Shown here in pieces: positions 63,841 to 64,000 of a stretch of DNA of 64,000 bases (position 1 is the first letter of the stretch; each line of letters begins with the position of its first letter). Made by a program: the position numbers and the translations under genes. The stretch covers positions 9,052,001 to 9,116,000 of the forward strand of contig CM022678.1 of NCBI GenBank assembly GCA_012295275.1, given 5' to 3'. The stretch comes from Chrysomallon squamiferum. Lineage: Eukaryota > Animalia > Mollusca. The notes beneath the pieces are model-generated. The model had not been told where the DNA came from. It did not search any database and saw only the letters and a program-made list of their open reading frames with translations.

Positions 63841-64000
63841 ATGGCAACAGCTTCAAACTCCGATGATAACTTATCTTGCTGTCTATGTATGGACATTTTC
63901 GACAAGCCACGAGTTCTACCTTGTGGCCATTCGTTTTGTTCGAAATGCCTGCAGGACTTTTTGTGTCACAATTACAACGACGACGACACAGAAATAAGCT
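63841..64000 (+). CDS. N-terminus of a RING-finger (C3HC4) TRIM-like E3 ubiquitin ligase, running off the window end
   Basis: After acceptor TTCACAG|AT: MATASNSDDNLSCCLCMDIFDKPRVLPCGHSFCSKCLQDFLCHNYNDDDTEIS, fitting C-x2-C...PxxLPCGHxFCxxCL. Open frame; absent from the ORF track. Confidence 0.92.
   Translation, partial: MATASNSDDNLSCCLCMDIFDKPRVLPCGHSFCSKCLQDFLCHNYNDDDTEIS

Overview
AT-rich, microsatellite-dense animal genomic DNA with spliceosomal introns, probably a gastropod mollusc (inferred from the EGFR sequence type and a SINE-like remnant). There is one 200-N assembly gap at 12322-12521. Almost all ORFs in the supplied track are microsatellite artefacts. Reading exons by hand shows a cluster of intron-containing, disabled gene fragments. 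(1) A same-strand mosaic of a VPS13D exon, an exon of an unidentified gene X, three LRR-associated exons, a TATA-type first exon, and the transmembrane+kinase exons of an EGFR/ErbB receptor. About 8.6 kb of it (3724-12321) recurs as a near-identical inverted copy (19266-28083) across the gap. (2) Gene X as a multi-exon pseudogene on the minus strand (38.7-46.9 kb). (3) A divergent plus-strand unit from the same CpG-rich promoter, carrying disabled calcium-binding EGF exons (47.7-52.6 kb). Also present are decayed LINEs, many minisatellites and a nested tandem duplication (54.6-63.3 kb). The only apparently intact CDS is the start of a RING/TRIM-like gene at 63841. Identities are by-eye estimates and family calls come from recalled motifs, not database searches.
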